Part shown: piece after piece, positions 63,750 through 64,000 of the stretch | Numbering within the stretch: position 1 is the stretch's first letter | Layout of the letters: each line of letters begins with the position of its first letter | From: Cyanobacteria bacterium P01_A01_bin.123 | GTDB taxonomy: Bacteria; Cyanobacteriota; Cyanobacteriia; Phormidesmidales; Phormidesmidaceae | Reading direction: 5' to 3' | NCBI GenBank assembly: GCA_039815185.1 | Contig: JBCBZT010000011.1 | Coordinates: 1-64,000, forward strand | DNA: 64,000 nucleotides | Notes under the pieces: generated by a model | Told to the model about the DNA's origin: nothing | Databases searched by the model: none | What the model saw: only the letters and a program-made list of their open reading frames with translations | Program-made: the position numbers and the translations under genes

Positions 63750-64000
63750 ATGAGCGATAAAGACTCAACCCTCGAAATCCTGCTCGCCGAATACAACTGC
63801 CTCAAGTCAGAACAAGCCCAGCGGATTGGCTTTCGAGATAACCTCCTGTACGTCACCCTCGGCGTCTTTGGGGCCGTGGTCTCATTCGCCGTCTCCGATC
63901 CCGCCCACTACTACGCGCTGCTCGTGATCCCCTGGGTCTGCCTGATCCTCGGTTGGACCTACGTCGTCAACGACGAAAAGATTTCATCCATCGGTAGGTA
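63750..64000 (+). CDS. Integral membrane protein, truncated by the window end
   Basis: Open frame MSDKDSTLEILLAEYNCLKSEQAQRIGFRDNLLYVTLG...LGWTYVVNDEKISSIGR. Confidence 0.75.
   Translation, partial: MSDKDSTLEILLAEYNCLKSEQAQRIGFRDNLLYVTLGVFGAVVSFAVSDPAHYYALLVIPWVCLILGWTYVVNDEKISSIGR

Noticed and set aside
59000..64000. A complete DGR cassette
   Set aside because: No reverse transcriptase, avd or AAC-rich second copy of the variable region was found in the window.

Overview
A 64 kb chromosomal segment from a cyanobacterium. Evidence for this: dense HIP1 octamers (GCGATCGC), petG, cytM and PEP-CTERM genes. A probable glucosylglycerate phosphorylase hints at a saline habitat. Most of the window is housekeeping (rpsB-tsf, hisG, msrB, gmk, ftsI, ilvB, rpsN-nth-rseP-serS, cobK, purSQ, a Fur-family regulator). 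The strongest leads are: (1) a PNP/Pfs-nucleosidase + FGE-sulfatase (C-type lectin fold) fusion whose C-terminus has the codon signature of a diversity-generating retroelement (DGR) variable region. It is followed by a ~150-nt multi-helix element, but no reverse transcriptase, avd or template repeat lies in the window. (2) A three-gene module present twice: Tat-exported PhoX, a divergent acidic PEP-CTERM protein and a convergent secreted hypothetical, with Pho-box-like repeats. (3) A 105-bp structured intergenic repeat in three full copies plus one partial. (4) A Crp-family regulator with a Pho-box-like array, behind an SBP-OmpA gene coupled to an unknown protein. The window starts inside the end of a probable IS5-family element and ends inside a membrane-protein gene. 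No rRNA, tRNA or CRISPR array was seen. All family calls come from reading motifs; no database search was run.
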